From: a virus
Lineage: Duplodnaviria > Heunggongvirae > Uroviricota > Caudoviricetes
Strand: one strand, 5' to 3'
DNA length: 24,422 bases
Virus record (IMG/VR): IMGVR_UViG_3300048865_000005
Below the pieces are notes generated by a model. The model saw only the letters and a list, made by a program, of their open reading frames with translations, did no database searches and had not been told where the DNA came from. The position numbers and the translations under genes were made by a program. Positions 1 through 7,857 of the stretch are shown here, piece by piece (the first letter of the stretch is position 1; each line of letters starts with the position of its first letter).

Positions 1-766
1 GATACAGAACACCGAACTGACCAGTTACACGGTCCAACAGCAGGTTACGTACACCGCCTGCAAGCTGAGCTTTCAGGATATCAGTTACATAAGCATTGCT
101 GATTAGCGCGTGGAAGTAAGCCGGGGAACACAGAGCGATAACGCGGCTAACGACTTCACCAGATTGCAGATTGTCTTGCAGAGCTGCAACAACTTGATCA
201 ACCATAGCGCCCGGATTGGTGGAGTTAACCAAATCAACTTCTACTTCAGTCCGCTTAACACCGAACACATCGTAGAAGTTTTGGGAAACTGTGCCACGAG
301 GAGCGTAAACAGAACCAGTAGTGATTAGGTGCATACGGGAAACTTCACGAACCCATGCGTGAGCACGACGAGCACGCTCCAACTTCTTAGTACGCAGATT
401 CTCAACCGATTCCAGATCGTTACCGGCATAAATCTGTGACCACTCAGCAATACCTTCTACGTCCTGCGGAGTAATCGCATAGGAAGCAGGGAAGTGCGGT
501 ACTGCGATTTGCGTGTACTGCTTGGTTTTGTCTTTCAGGGTTTGAGTTTTATCGCCCCAGTTATAATCTTCTAGAACGTTAACAACGTCAGTGAAGACAG
601 GAATCATCGCATTCTTGCTTTGAAGGAATACATCTTCAAAGATACCAAGTTGATCACAAAGGAAATACTGGTTAGGAATTACGTTAATCGGAGCAGTAAT
701 TTCAATGCGACGGGCAGCGTTAGCCGGATCAAAAGCTAGAGCTTTGCTGATTAAAATATCAGTCAT
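1..766 (-). CDS. Major capsid protein (capsid E/rV5-like family), 3' end truncated by the window edge
   Basis: Absent from the ORF track because there is no stop in the window. Manual translation from ATG at 766 is open to the edge (MTDILISKALAFDPANAARRIEITAPINVIPNQY...IAVPHFPASYAITPQDVEG...RAHAWVREVSRMHLITTGSVYAP...VIALCSPAYFHALISN). It lies directly downstream of the decoration gene. Confidence 0.9.
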   Translation of the reverse strand, partial: MTDILISKALAFDPANAARRIEITAPINVIPNQYFLCDQLGIFEDVFLQSKNAMIPVFTDVVNVLEDYNWGDKTQTLKDKTKQYTQIAVPHFPASYAITPQDVEGIAEWSQIYAGNDLESVENLRTKKLERARRAHAWVREVSRMHLITTGSVYAPRGTVSQNFYDVFGVKRTEVEVDLVNSTNPGAMVDQVVAALQDNLQSGEVVSRVIALCSPAYFHALISNAYVTDILKAQLAGGVRNLLLDRVTGQFGVLY

Positions 767-807
767 TTTTATTATTATCCTGTTATTATTATTATTTTTT
801 ATTGTTA

Positions 808-1227
808 TTAGACGGCAACTACTACTTCGATGCCTTGGGCTTTCAGAAGAGTTTTCAGAGTTTCGATTTGAGCAGCAGTAAGAGAAGTGTTAACTTTCTT
901 AATCAGGAAATCGGAAAGTTGCAGAGGACCACGAACATAAGAAAGAATCTTAGTATCTGTAGCTTTCGGAACAAAAACTTTCTCGGCGTGGTTGTACTTA
1001 TCGCCTAATACAATTGCAAAAGCAGTACCGGCAACTAGGTCAGCAGCAACAGCAGGAGCGAATGCAGTAGCAGTAGCGCCTTTCGCCAAAACAGCACCCA
1101 ACATCAGAGTGGTGTCGGCAGCAACGTTAACGATTACTTCGTCACGACACAGAGCTACGTCAGGACGATTTTCGTACATTACCAGTTCGCCTAGTGTACG
1201 GTTTTCAAGAGTTACAAGAGATGACAT
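808..1227 (-). CDS. Head decoration/stabilisation protein (139 aa)
   Basis: Ala/Val-rich protein with a LGAVLAK motif, located between scaffold and capsid genes as in this head-module type. Confidence 0.75.
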   Translation of the reverse strand: MSSLVTLENRTLGELVMYENRPDVALCRDEVIVNVAADTTLMLGAVLAKGATATAFAPAVAADLVAGTAFAIVLGDKYNHAEKVFVPKATDTKILSYVRGPLQLSDFLIKKVNTSLTAAQIETLKTLLKAQGIEVVVAV

Positions 1228-1251
1228 TTGTTTATTTACCTATTCTTATTA

Positions 1252-2220
1252 TTATTGTTTTGGAGCGTACTTTTGTTCGAGAGATTTAGTCAGAGCAACA
1301 ACACCGTCAACTTCTTCAGGCTCAGCACCTTGACCGCTAACACCTACTTCTTTCATCAGGTCAGATTCAGCAAGAGCTTTCTCTTTGACTTCCATCGCCT
1401 TTACAACCATCGCAAAAGCAGCGTCATCTAGTGCTTGCATACTCTTGTGAAGTTCTTCTAGTTTCTCATCAGCAACACCGGCTTCTTTCAAAGCAGCCTT
1501 ACGGCCTTTTTCGATATCTGCTTTTTCTTTCTCTTGTGCAGCCTTAACAATCTCAAGTGCTGCTTCTAGTTCAGCTTGCTTAGCAATAAGAGCTTGCTCT
1601 TGTTCTGCTTTAGCTTTAGCAATAGCTTCTTCAACTGCTTTAGTTACTGCTTCATCGTGTACAGCTTTAGTGACAAAATCACTCATTTGGTTAACCTTAT
1701 TATTATTATCTTCCGTAGAAGGTGTATTTGCAGCTTTCGCCATGTTTACGCCCTCAACAGAGGACAAGTTACTTTCGAACTGTTTTTGAACTTCCAGAAT
1801 CGAAAGGAATTCATCAGGAGTAAGGGAGGCGATTGATTTGTTAATTTCAGCTTCCGTCTTATCCATAACAAGAGACTTCATCAAAGTAACTGCACTAACA
1901 CGTTCGTTAATGTAGTTCTCGTACCAATCACCATCCGATTCAACAGGATCAGGTTCGGTATCAAGCCCCATAATCTTTGCAAGAACTACTGCATCTTCGT
2001 ACCAAATGCCGAAGAACTTAGTTAGAAAATCTGTAATAGAAAGAGTTACTTCAACTTTAGTTGCTTTAGCTACTTGCTCTTCGCTAATATTTTTAGTGCT
2101 CTTAGTAATTAAAGTGGTAATACCGTTAGCCGGTCCGCCTTGCTTCTTACTGACTAGAGCAACATGAGCGCCTTCAACTTCGAAATTAAAGTTGGAGAGG
2201 CGACGTTTCTTTTCAGACAT
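1252..2220 (-). CDS. Capsid scaffolding protein (322 aa), N-terminus with a protease-fold-like motif
   Basis: C-terminal half is an A/E/K-rich coiled coil. It sits between protease and decoration genes. N-terminal GAHVALVSKKQGGPANG motif; GAGGA SD. Confidence 0.7.
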   Translation of the reverse strand: MSEKKRRLSNFNFEVEGAHVALVSKKQGGPANGITTLITKSTKNISEEQVAKATKVEVTLSITDFLTKFFGIWYEDAVVLAKIMGLDTEPDPVESDGDWYENYINERVSAVTLMKSLVMDKTEAEINKSIASLTPDEFLSILEVQKQFESNLSSVEGVNMAKAANTPSTEDNNNKVNQMSDFVTKAVHDEAVTKAVEEAIAKAKAEQEQALIAKQAELEAALEIVKAAQEKEKADIEKGRKAALKEAGVADEKLEELHKSMQALDDAAFAMVVKAMEVKEKALAESDLMKEVGVSGQGAEPEEVDGVVALTKSLEQKYAPKQ

Positions 2221-2674
2221 TAATTAAATCCTCAACTGTTGCCCTACAGCCAACACTTACACCGACAATTTCTTCTTCTTTAACACCCTGCCAAAGCTCT
2301 TCGCTAACTTCATCTCCTTCAGGGAAATGCCACCATTGAAGCCATGTACCTTTTTTGATAGTGCGACCATCATCTAGGTTAAAATCAGCAGGGGAAATGA
2401 ATGATTGTTCAATCTTTGCTTTCTCTGTTTCTACTTGATGAAACAGATTTGCTTTCATGCAGTGTGTATTGAAACTAATGCAGGCTTTTTCTACGTCTTC
2501 AGCAGAATATGTATCGCCGTGTAGATCGAATACATCAGGTTCTAGTACAACAAACAACGCTCTACGTTGCTCTTCATCTAGTGCTTTAGTAACTTCTACA
2601 ACCGGCTCTACTTCTGCTTTAGAACCACCAAAGAACTTCTCTAGCAGTTCATAGAGTTTTACCGCTTTATCCAT
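2213..2674 (-). CDS. Prohead serine protease, XkdF/S78-like (153 aa)
   Basis: VLEPDVFDLHGD, ANLFH, IKKGTW and GVSVG (G-x-S-x-G) motifs; follows the portal gene. Confidence 0.8.
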   Translation of the reverse strand: MDKAVKLYELLEKFFGGSKAEVEPVVEVTKALDEEQRRALFVVLEPDVFDLHGDTYSAEDVEKACISFNTHCMKANLFHQVETEKAKIEQSFISPADFNLDDGRTIKKGTWLQWWHFPEGDEVSEELWQGVKEEEIVGVSVGCRATVEDLINV

Positions 2675-2676
2675 AT

Positions 2677-4158
2677 TTATGTGTTCTCTTTATTTGATGT
2701 GGAGGAGTTGCCACTATTCCCGGTAGCGTCACCTGTACCGGAAGGCAGACCGCTTTCCATACCAGCACCGGATTTACTTTCTTTTGCTGGCAGATATTGA
2801 GTTCGCGGCTCTTCTTCAGCATCAATAGGCTTAGCGCCCAATGCAGTTCGTGTGATGTTCAGAATTTCACGGTCAACTTCAACAGCACCGACTGCAACAA
2901 TTCGTTGAACTGCTTTAGATAGTGCATCCAAATCTTGAGATTCCAATTCTTCGAAATCCCAATAAGGCAAATCGCCTTCGAGTGACCATCCGTTCTGCCT
3001 AAACAAAGTGTCACGGAGTTCTTTAAGTGTTTCTCTCATTCCGATTAACTTATCTTGAACAGCCATTGTCACAAGACTTGTCTTAGTATCGGATAAGGAA
3101 TAACTACCTACACCGCTCTGTCCCATTTGCAGAACATCAGCCCATAGTGCCTGTAGGATTGTGTTGTTGTAGCGAGAGATAATTGCTCCTGTATCGTACT
3201 GCTTAGCTCCTGTTGAGCTAATAAGATCGAAGTCGAACATAAGTTCGCCTGACTCGTCGCGGTCTGATGGAACAATTACATAGGCTTGTTCATTAGATTG
3301 AATGTTTTTACCAATCTCTGTATAAGCCTTTGTGGTAGCTTTTTCTTCTTCGCTAGCATCATTTGCTAAGTAGCGAGAGGGAATCTTGAAACGAGGAATA
3401 CCGCCTAAATCACGAGTGACGCCAATGGCCTCTTGCTCTTCGATTGCAGTACGATATTTCCATGCGTAATAGCACTTAAGTAGTGGAGACTTACCTTGCG
3501 GGTTTCCACGAGTACTATCCGCAGTAAAAAGTAAGAACTTATTACGTCTTAGGAATTTCTTATCGAGTTTCTTATCTGCACTCTTTCCTGAAGTCCAGTA
3601 GTAAGAGTTGAAGAAATCTACGATTAAGTTAGGGTCTTGCCATACGCCTTTCAGTTCACGTCCGTCTTCGCTAAACTCCCAACGTTCGATTGTGTCTTGA
3701 GAGCGGATAGGAAGTTTACGAATACCATAGAGGTTATCGTCGTATTTACTTCCGTCTTTGTGGCGACGTTTACGAAGTACAATTTCATGTACTGAGAAAC
3801 CGTATGTATAAAACGATACTGCTTCTTTGATGAATGAGTACCAACTATGCTCCATATCATCTTGGCACTGGCGTAAATATTGAGCTTGTTTCTTGCACAG
3901 TTCCGAAGCGCTAGGGGGTTCTTTAACAACCCAATTTGTACGGCTAATCATCACTTCGAAGAGGCTCAGACCAGAGGCAATGATTGCGTCATTACCCATC
4001 TTTTTAAATGTCTTTGCCGCCATAGGAAATTGAAGGTCTCTTCGAGACTCTTCTAAAATGACACCGTTAATTTCTTTTAAACCGATAGTACCTGTTTCAC
4101 CTACCGGGATTTTCGGAACCGGCTGATTGCCTGCTTGTAATTGAAGTGTTTCAGCCAT
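2677..4158 (-). CDS. Portal protein (493 aa)
   Basis: Size, position immediately after terminase, and GNPQGKSPLLKCYYAW and RDLGGIP portal-type motifs. Confidence 0.85.
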   Translation of the reverse strand: MAETLQLQAGNQPVPKIPVGETGTIGLKEINGVILEESRRDLQFPMAAKTFKKMGNDAIIASGLSLFEVMISRTNWVVKEPPSASELCKKQAQYLRQCQDDMEHSWYSFIKEAVSFYTYGFSVHEIVLRKRRHKDGSKYDDNLYGIRKLPIRSQDTIERWEFSEDGRELKGVWQDPNLIVDFFNSYYWTSGKSADKKLDKKFLRRNKFLLFTADSTRGNPQGKSPLLKCYYAWKYRTAIEEQEAIGVTRDLGGIPRFKIPSRYLANDASEEEKATTKAYTEIGKNIQSNEQAYVIVPSDRDESGELMFDFDLISSTGAKQYDTGAIISRYNNTILQALWADVLQMGQSGVGSYSLSDTKTSLVTMAVQDKLIGMRETLKELRDTLFRQNGWSLEGDLPYWDFEELESQDLDALSKAVQRIVAVGAVEVDREILNITRTALGAKPIDAEEEPRTQYLPAKESKSGAGMESGLPSGTGDATGNSGNSSTSNKENT

Positions 4159-4173
4159 TTGTCCTTCTTATTA

Positions 4174-5607
4174 TTATTTTATTTTGAAAGCATTGGATTG
4201 AGTTTGGATTGGAACAGCAAACGCGGGAAGTCTTCGATCTTGAGCTAGCTCTATAAAAGCATCACTAGTAGCGTCTACTTGATCGTCTTTATCTTTTTTG
4301 CTACCAGTAAAGCCTTCAAGCTCGAAGAAGTAATCGTCGTTCCACTCGCCTTCAACATAATCAATAAGTTCAGCTTCAGAAGCAGCGGCAAAAGGCTGGA
4401 ATCGAACAATTTTCGACTTATTAGTAGGCCGCATCTTTGCGTAGAAGCCTTCTTCAATAAGCTCTTTAATCATCATCTGCCCGGAAGACTTACCGGCTTG
4501 TCCCGGTTCTTGGGGGAGAATGATTTTTGTACCGGGAGGGTCGGATTTAGCAGTACTTATAATGTTCTGCATTACCTCGCCAAATCTCGCCCTGAATCTA
4601 ACTACGTCAACTATGATGTATCTTCCGGCTTTCGTTTTCGCCATTAATACACCAGCCGTCCAGTCAGGATTCGGGTTTACATCAGAAGGTAGTGTTCCGG
4701 CTATATCCCATGCTCTTACATATGAAACAATATCTTGGTCCCATAGATTGACAGTTGTTAACCACTCCCGTTTGAAATAACCAGAAGCGCTTTCACGAAC
4801 ATACCAATTACCGTCTAGAAGTCTTGCCCGTTCAACGCCCTTCAAACCCATAAGGTTTGCTACGTATTTTGGGTTAATCTTCTGAACAATCGGATTATCA
4901 CGAACAGTTGCAGAGATGAAAGTGAAGCTAAGTGCGAACTCTTCAGGAATACCGTAGTTGGCTAATAGCTCTTCTTTAGTATCACCCCAAACGAAGTCAC
5001 CTTCTTGGAAGCTGAAGTAACGTAACGTACCGTCTTTACTTCTATCTGGTGTACCATCTTCGTTAAGATATGGCTCAACCCACTTTCTTAAGAAATGGTC
5101 TGCATCAGGGTTACACGTAATCTTTAAGTGTGGTCTAACTTCCGGGCAACTTGGGTTTCGCATACGAGACTGAATATACTGAATCATATGCTGGGTAAAT
5201 TGTGTTCCTTCATCTACATAGAATAAGTTAGCTTCGGAACCTTGCCAGTTAACATCAGCATCATCGTTTTCGAAGTGCTTTAAATAGATTTCTGCACCGG
5301 ACTTATGGAATACAAATTTCCCGTCTTTAGCTCTCCACGTAAACTCATCAGGGCTATAAGCCATACCGAACAATCGCTTACATTTAGTAAGCAAGCCACC
5401 CGGACCTGTAAGTTGTGGGGTAGTTCGACGAGTCATTACACCAATGAAGTTAGGTGTATCTGTGTATTTTAGAAAATCGATAACGCCAATTTCAGACTTA
5501 CCGGAACCTGCCGCACCGCCAAAAAGCGTAACATCAGCTTCAGAAGTCATGTACATTAACTGACGATCAGAACAGGGACCGGGAAGTTTTTTATTTTCTT
5601 CGGTCAT
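4174..5607 (-). CDS. terL: Terminase large subunit (477 aa)
   Basis: Walker A FGGAAGSGKS, Walker B FYVDEG, coupling motif TCNP, and nuclease domain RAWDIA ... DDQVDATSDA. Confidence 0.95.
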   Translation of the reverse strand: MTEENKKLPGPCSDRQLMYMTSEADVTLFGGAAGSGKSEIGVIDFLKYTDTPNFIGVMTRRTTPQLTGPGGLLTKCKRLFGMAYSPDEFTWRAKDGKFVFHKSGAEIYLKHFENDDADVNWQGSEANLFYVDEGTQFTQHMIQYIQSRMRNPSCPEVRPHLKITCNPDADHFLRKWVEPYLNEDGTPDRSKDGTLRYFSFQEGDFVWGDTKEELLANYGIPEEFALSFTFISATVRDNPIVQKINPKYVANLMGLKGVERARLLDGNWYVRESASGYFKREWLTTVNLWDQDIVSYVRAWDIAGTLPSDVNPNPDWTAGVLMAKTKAGRYIIVDVVRFRARFGEVMQNIISTAKSDPPGTKIILPQEPGQAGKSSGQMMIKELIEEGFYAKMRPTNKSKIVRFQPFAAASEAELIDYVEGEWNDDYFFELEGFTGSKKDKDDQVDATSDAFIELAQDRRLPAFAVPIQTQSNAFKIK

Positions 5608-5636
5608 ATATTTTTATTATTATTGTTATTATAAAT

Positions 5637-5713
5637 TGGTTTGGAATACTGTCTCTTGTCGATTCACAGTCTCGTGGGACAGACTACGCTGAGGTATCCT
5701 CGGATTATTCCAA
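5637..5713 (-). ncRNA. 77-nt tRNA-like element (acceptor-type stem plus ACCA, no canonical T-loop)
   Basis: TTGGAATA(5713-5706) pairs with TATTCCAA(5648-5641) and is followed by A-CCA. It starts 3 nt after the CCA of tRNA-Ser. Positions 32-36 read CUGUC. Confidence 0.55.
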
Positions 5714-5716
5714 TTT

Positions 5717-5804
5717 TGGCGGAGACGCTTCGATTCGAACGAAGGGAGCTTTTACACTCGGTGGGGTTCAAAGCCACTGCATTAAACCGCTCTGCCACGT
5801 CTCC
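5717..5804 (-). tRNA. tRNA-Ser(UGA), 88 nt
   Basis: GGAGACG/CGTCTCC acceptor, G73, encoded CCA, long variable arm, T-arm CTTCG-TTCGAAT-CGAAG, anticodon loop TT-TGA-AC. Confidence 0.85.
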
Positions 5805-5808
5805 ATGT

Positions 5809-5884
5809 TGGCGAATCAGGTAAGAGTCGAACTTACAACCTTCGGTTTTGGAGACCGACGCTCTGCCAATTGAGCTACTGAGAC
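5809..5884 (-). tRNA. tRNA-Trp(CCA), 76 nt, two acceptor-stem mismatches
   Basis: Anticodon arm TCGGT-CT-CCA-AA-ACCGA, T-arm GTAAG-TTCGACT-CTTAC, G73 and CCA. Confidence 0.85.
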
Positions 5885-5890
5885 ATATAT

Positions 5891-5974
5891 TGGTGGATGT
5901 TCTTGGACTCGAACCAAGGGTGTATCAAAGTACCGGGTTACAGCCGGTTGTCATCGCCGCTAGACTAAACATCC
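5891..5974 (-). tRNA. tRNA-Tyr(GUA), 84 nt
   Basis: GGATGTT/AACATCC acceptor, A73, CCA, anticodon arm ACCGG-CT-GTA-AC-CCGGT, extended variable arm. Confidence 0.9.
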
Positions 5975-5978
5975 AAAT

Positions 5979-6056
5979 TGGCTGGCATATCTGGAATCGA
6001 ACCAGACTCTATGCTGATTAACAGTCAGCCGCATACACCTTGTTTGCTTTATGCCA
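5979..6056 (-). tRNA. tRNA-Asn(GUU), 78 nt
   Basis: TGGCATA/TATGCCA acceptor, G73, CCA, anticodon arm GCTGA-CT-GTT-AA-TCAGC, T-loop TTCGATT. Confidence 0.9.
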
Positions 6057-6106
6057 ATAAATTGTTATTACAAAGAGCACTATTTCTAATGCTCTCTAAT
6101 TAACAA

Positions 6107-7405
6107 CTACTTGATTAGAACTTTAGCTACTTGCTTTGCCATGAGCGAGTAACCAAAAGGACTAGGGTGAGCGTTATCGCTTGAGATAGTCCCATCCATA
6201 GGGATGATTTGACCGTCAGCGTTCATCGCACCGCTAATAGAATCTGCATACCCGACAACAGGCGTTACTCCTGTCATGCCGTCACACATTGCATTGAAAG
6301 CAGTCCGCTTAGCGTCATTAGCTCCCATGTTGTTACGTGTAGTGGTGCATGGGATGCCTTGAGTCAAAAGCAACTCTACAGGCTTACCGTAAGCTCTAAT
6401 GTACTCCAAAACGTTAGCTAAAGCGTTTCTTGCACGATTTAGAGCGTCATCCGTGATCCCACCTGCCGCTACGTCATTAGGGGACCAAGGACAGTAGATT
6501 ACCTTCGTAGGCCGAACCACATCCAGCATATCTTTGATACGTGGAGCGTAGGTCAGAGGCACTTGAGCGTGCAGAGCACCGTTAAAATAGTCGATAGGGC
6601 TATCGGGAGTGCTATTTTCGAGAGCCACGATTTGAGAAGCTGCGTAACACAGTGGACGAGCTTGAATCCCTTCAGAAATCGAATCCCCAGAAATCAACAA
6701 CTGTTGACCAGCTTTCTTCGAAAAGTACTGTACGGCTGGTACGTGCGTCTGAGCTTCTGTGTTAGCTGTCTTGTTGAATGCAGCTTTATTGGTCACTCCG
6801 AGAATTTCTTGCTTCGAAGTCTTGAAGTATCTCGGAGCGTCTGTAGCTCGCCAGTTTGAAGAACCGTTTGCCGGGAAGCTCATTACTGAGCCTGTAGGCT
6901 GTTCAATACGGATCATAATGACAGGACGCTTACCGCCGTCAGTACGAGCCAAGCTTTCTACAGGTATAACGTCAGACCAAGTAATTGAAGTTCTCTCTTC
7001 TCCGAGTCTGGCAGGAAGGGTTACTGACGTTGTACCGTTAAATGTGCAATCAACCCATGTACTACCCGAGAGGGAAAATTCACCAGCCCAAACAGCATCA
7101 TCGCGGTTATAGTCCAATTTATCACGGACACTTACACAAGCTTTAACACCAGCAACAGGTTTGTCGGAAGCGTTATGAACACCGATACGAAAACCGATGA
7201 AATCCGATTCTAACTCCATAACAATGTTTGTTGTCATGTCTGTTGTTAGTGTCGTAGTTGAATAGCGACCGAACAAATTCTTAGTCAGCATGTTTGTTTT
7301 CATGCCGGGTTCAAGCTGATTAATACTTTCAGCAACTTTGCCAGTGCGTAGGGCAGCAGGTAAGCCGACCTTTAAAATGTATTGAGCTAACTCTTGTTGA
7401 TTCAC
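6107..7405 (-). CDS. SGNH/GDSL hydrolase-domain protein with beta-rich N-terminal region (432 aa)
   Basis: Block I LLISGDSISEG, block III-like PWSPND, block V DNAHP; GTG start with AAGGGG SD. Confidence 0.75.
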   Translation of the reverse strand: MNQQELAQYILKVGLPAALRTGKVAESINQLEPGMKTNMLTKNLFGRYSTTTLTTDMTTNIVMELESDFIGFRIGVHNASDKPVAGVKACVSVRDKLDYNRDDAVWAGEFSLSGSTWVDCTFNGTTSVTLPARLGEERTSITWSDVIPVESLARTDGGKRPVIMIRIEQPTGSVMSFPANGSSNWRATDAPRYFKTSKQEILGVTNKAAFNKTANTEAQTHVPAVQYFSKKAGQQLLISGDSISEGIQARPLCYAASQIVALENSTPDSPIDYFNGALHAQVPLTYAPRIKDMLDVVRPTKVIYCPWSPNDVAAGGITDDALNRARNALANVLEYIRAYGKPVELLLTQGIPCTTTRNNMGANDAKRTAFNAMCDGMTGVTPVVGYADSISGAMNADGQIIPMDGTISSDNAHPSPFGYSLMAKQVAKVLIK

Positions 7406-7426
7406 AATCGCCCCTTTTAGTTTTTA

Positions 7427-7801
7427 TTAATTAGGACGTTCTAGGTCCGCTTTAGTTGGTAGATAATCTAAGGAGAATCGCGGCACAACTTCCTGTTTAT
7501 CTTCATCAGCATCCGGGGCAGGAGGCTCTTCGCCTTTCACCATCAGACGCAATTCATTAAGTGTTGCCTCTTCAGTAAGAGCAGCACGAGAAACAGTAAC
7601 GAGCGTATTCACAGTCCATTTAGAGGAGGAGAGTATTTCTTTATCGACTGATATTCCGTTAACGCTATCTGAAATATTCTTAAATGCTTGATCTTGCAAG
7701 AGTAGAAGTTTTTCTTCAGTCTTTCGCAACTTTGACTTTTTAAGCCGAGGGCCGGGGGGAGCACCTTTGGGATTATTAACAGAGCCTTTCTTAGCAGCCA
7801 T
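7427..7801 (-). CDS. Candidate terminase small subunit (124 aa)
   Basis: N-terminal KKGSVNNPKGAPPGPR resembles the G-x-x-x-NP-x-G-x-P-x-G motif (DUF5681 type) seen in small terminases. First large gene of the packaging/head operon. Start revised to ATG 7801 behind a GAGGA SD. Confidence 0.5.
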   Translation of the reverse strand: MAAKKGSVNNPKGAPPGPRLKKSKLRKTEEKLLLLQDQAFKNISDSVNGISVDKEILSSSKWTVNTLVTVSRAALTEEATLNELRLMVKGEEPPAPDADEDKQEVVPRFSLDYLPTKADLERPN

Positions 7802-7857
7802 GTCATTCCTCATTATTGTTTTTATTTTGGATGCTTACTCCCTGAATAAACATTCGA

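Noticed and set aside
2205-2235. Programmed frameshift fusing protease and scaffold
   Set aside because: Fusion needs a +1 shift within the last few codons (a TAA lies two codons upstream of the scaffold ATG in that frame), and no known slippery motif is present. A GAGGA SD supports ordinary coupled initiation.
4174-5607. Intein or intron in the terminase
   Set aside because: The ORF is continuous, of normal length, with ATPase and nuclease motifs at ordinary spacing.
5717-5804. Selenocysteine or opal-suppressor tRNA
   Set aside because: The anticodon reads UGA (decodes Ser UCA), not UCA; the 7-bp acceptor stem and G73 fit tRNA-Ser.
110-7112. Plus-strand ORFs over the head/terminase/SGNH genes (110-328, 802-1008, 992-1333, 1228-1431, 1576-1836, 2457-2654, 4279-4647, 4520-4780, 5641-5823, 6209-6421, 6563-6859, 6759-7112) and the same-strand out-of-frame ORFs 3651-3929 and 4275-4457
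   Set aside because: Shadow frames of well-supported minus-strand genes or tRNAs; no SDs or recognisable motifs.
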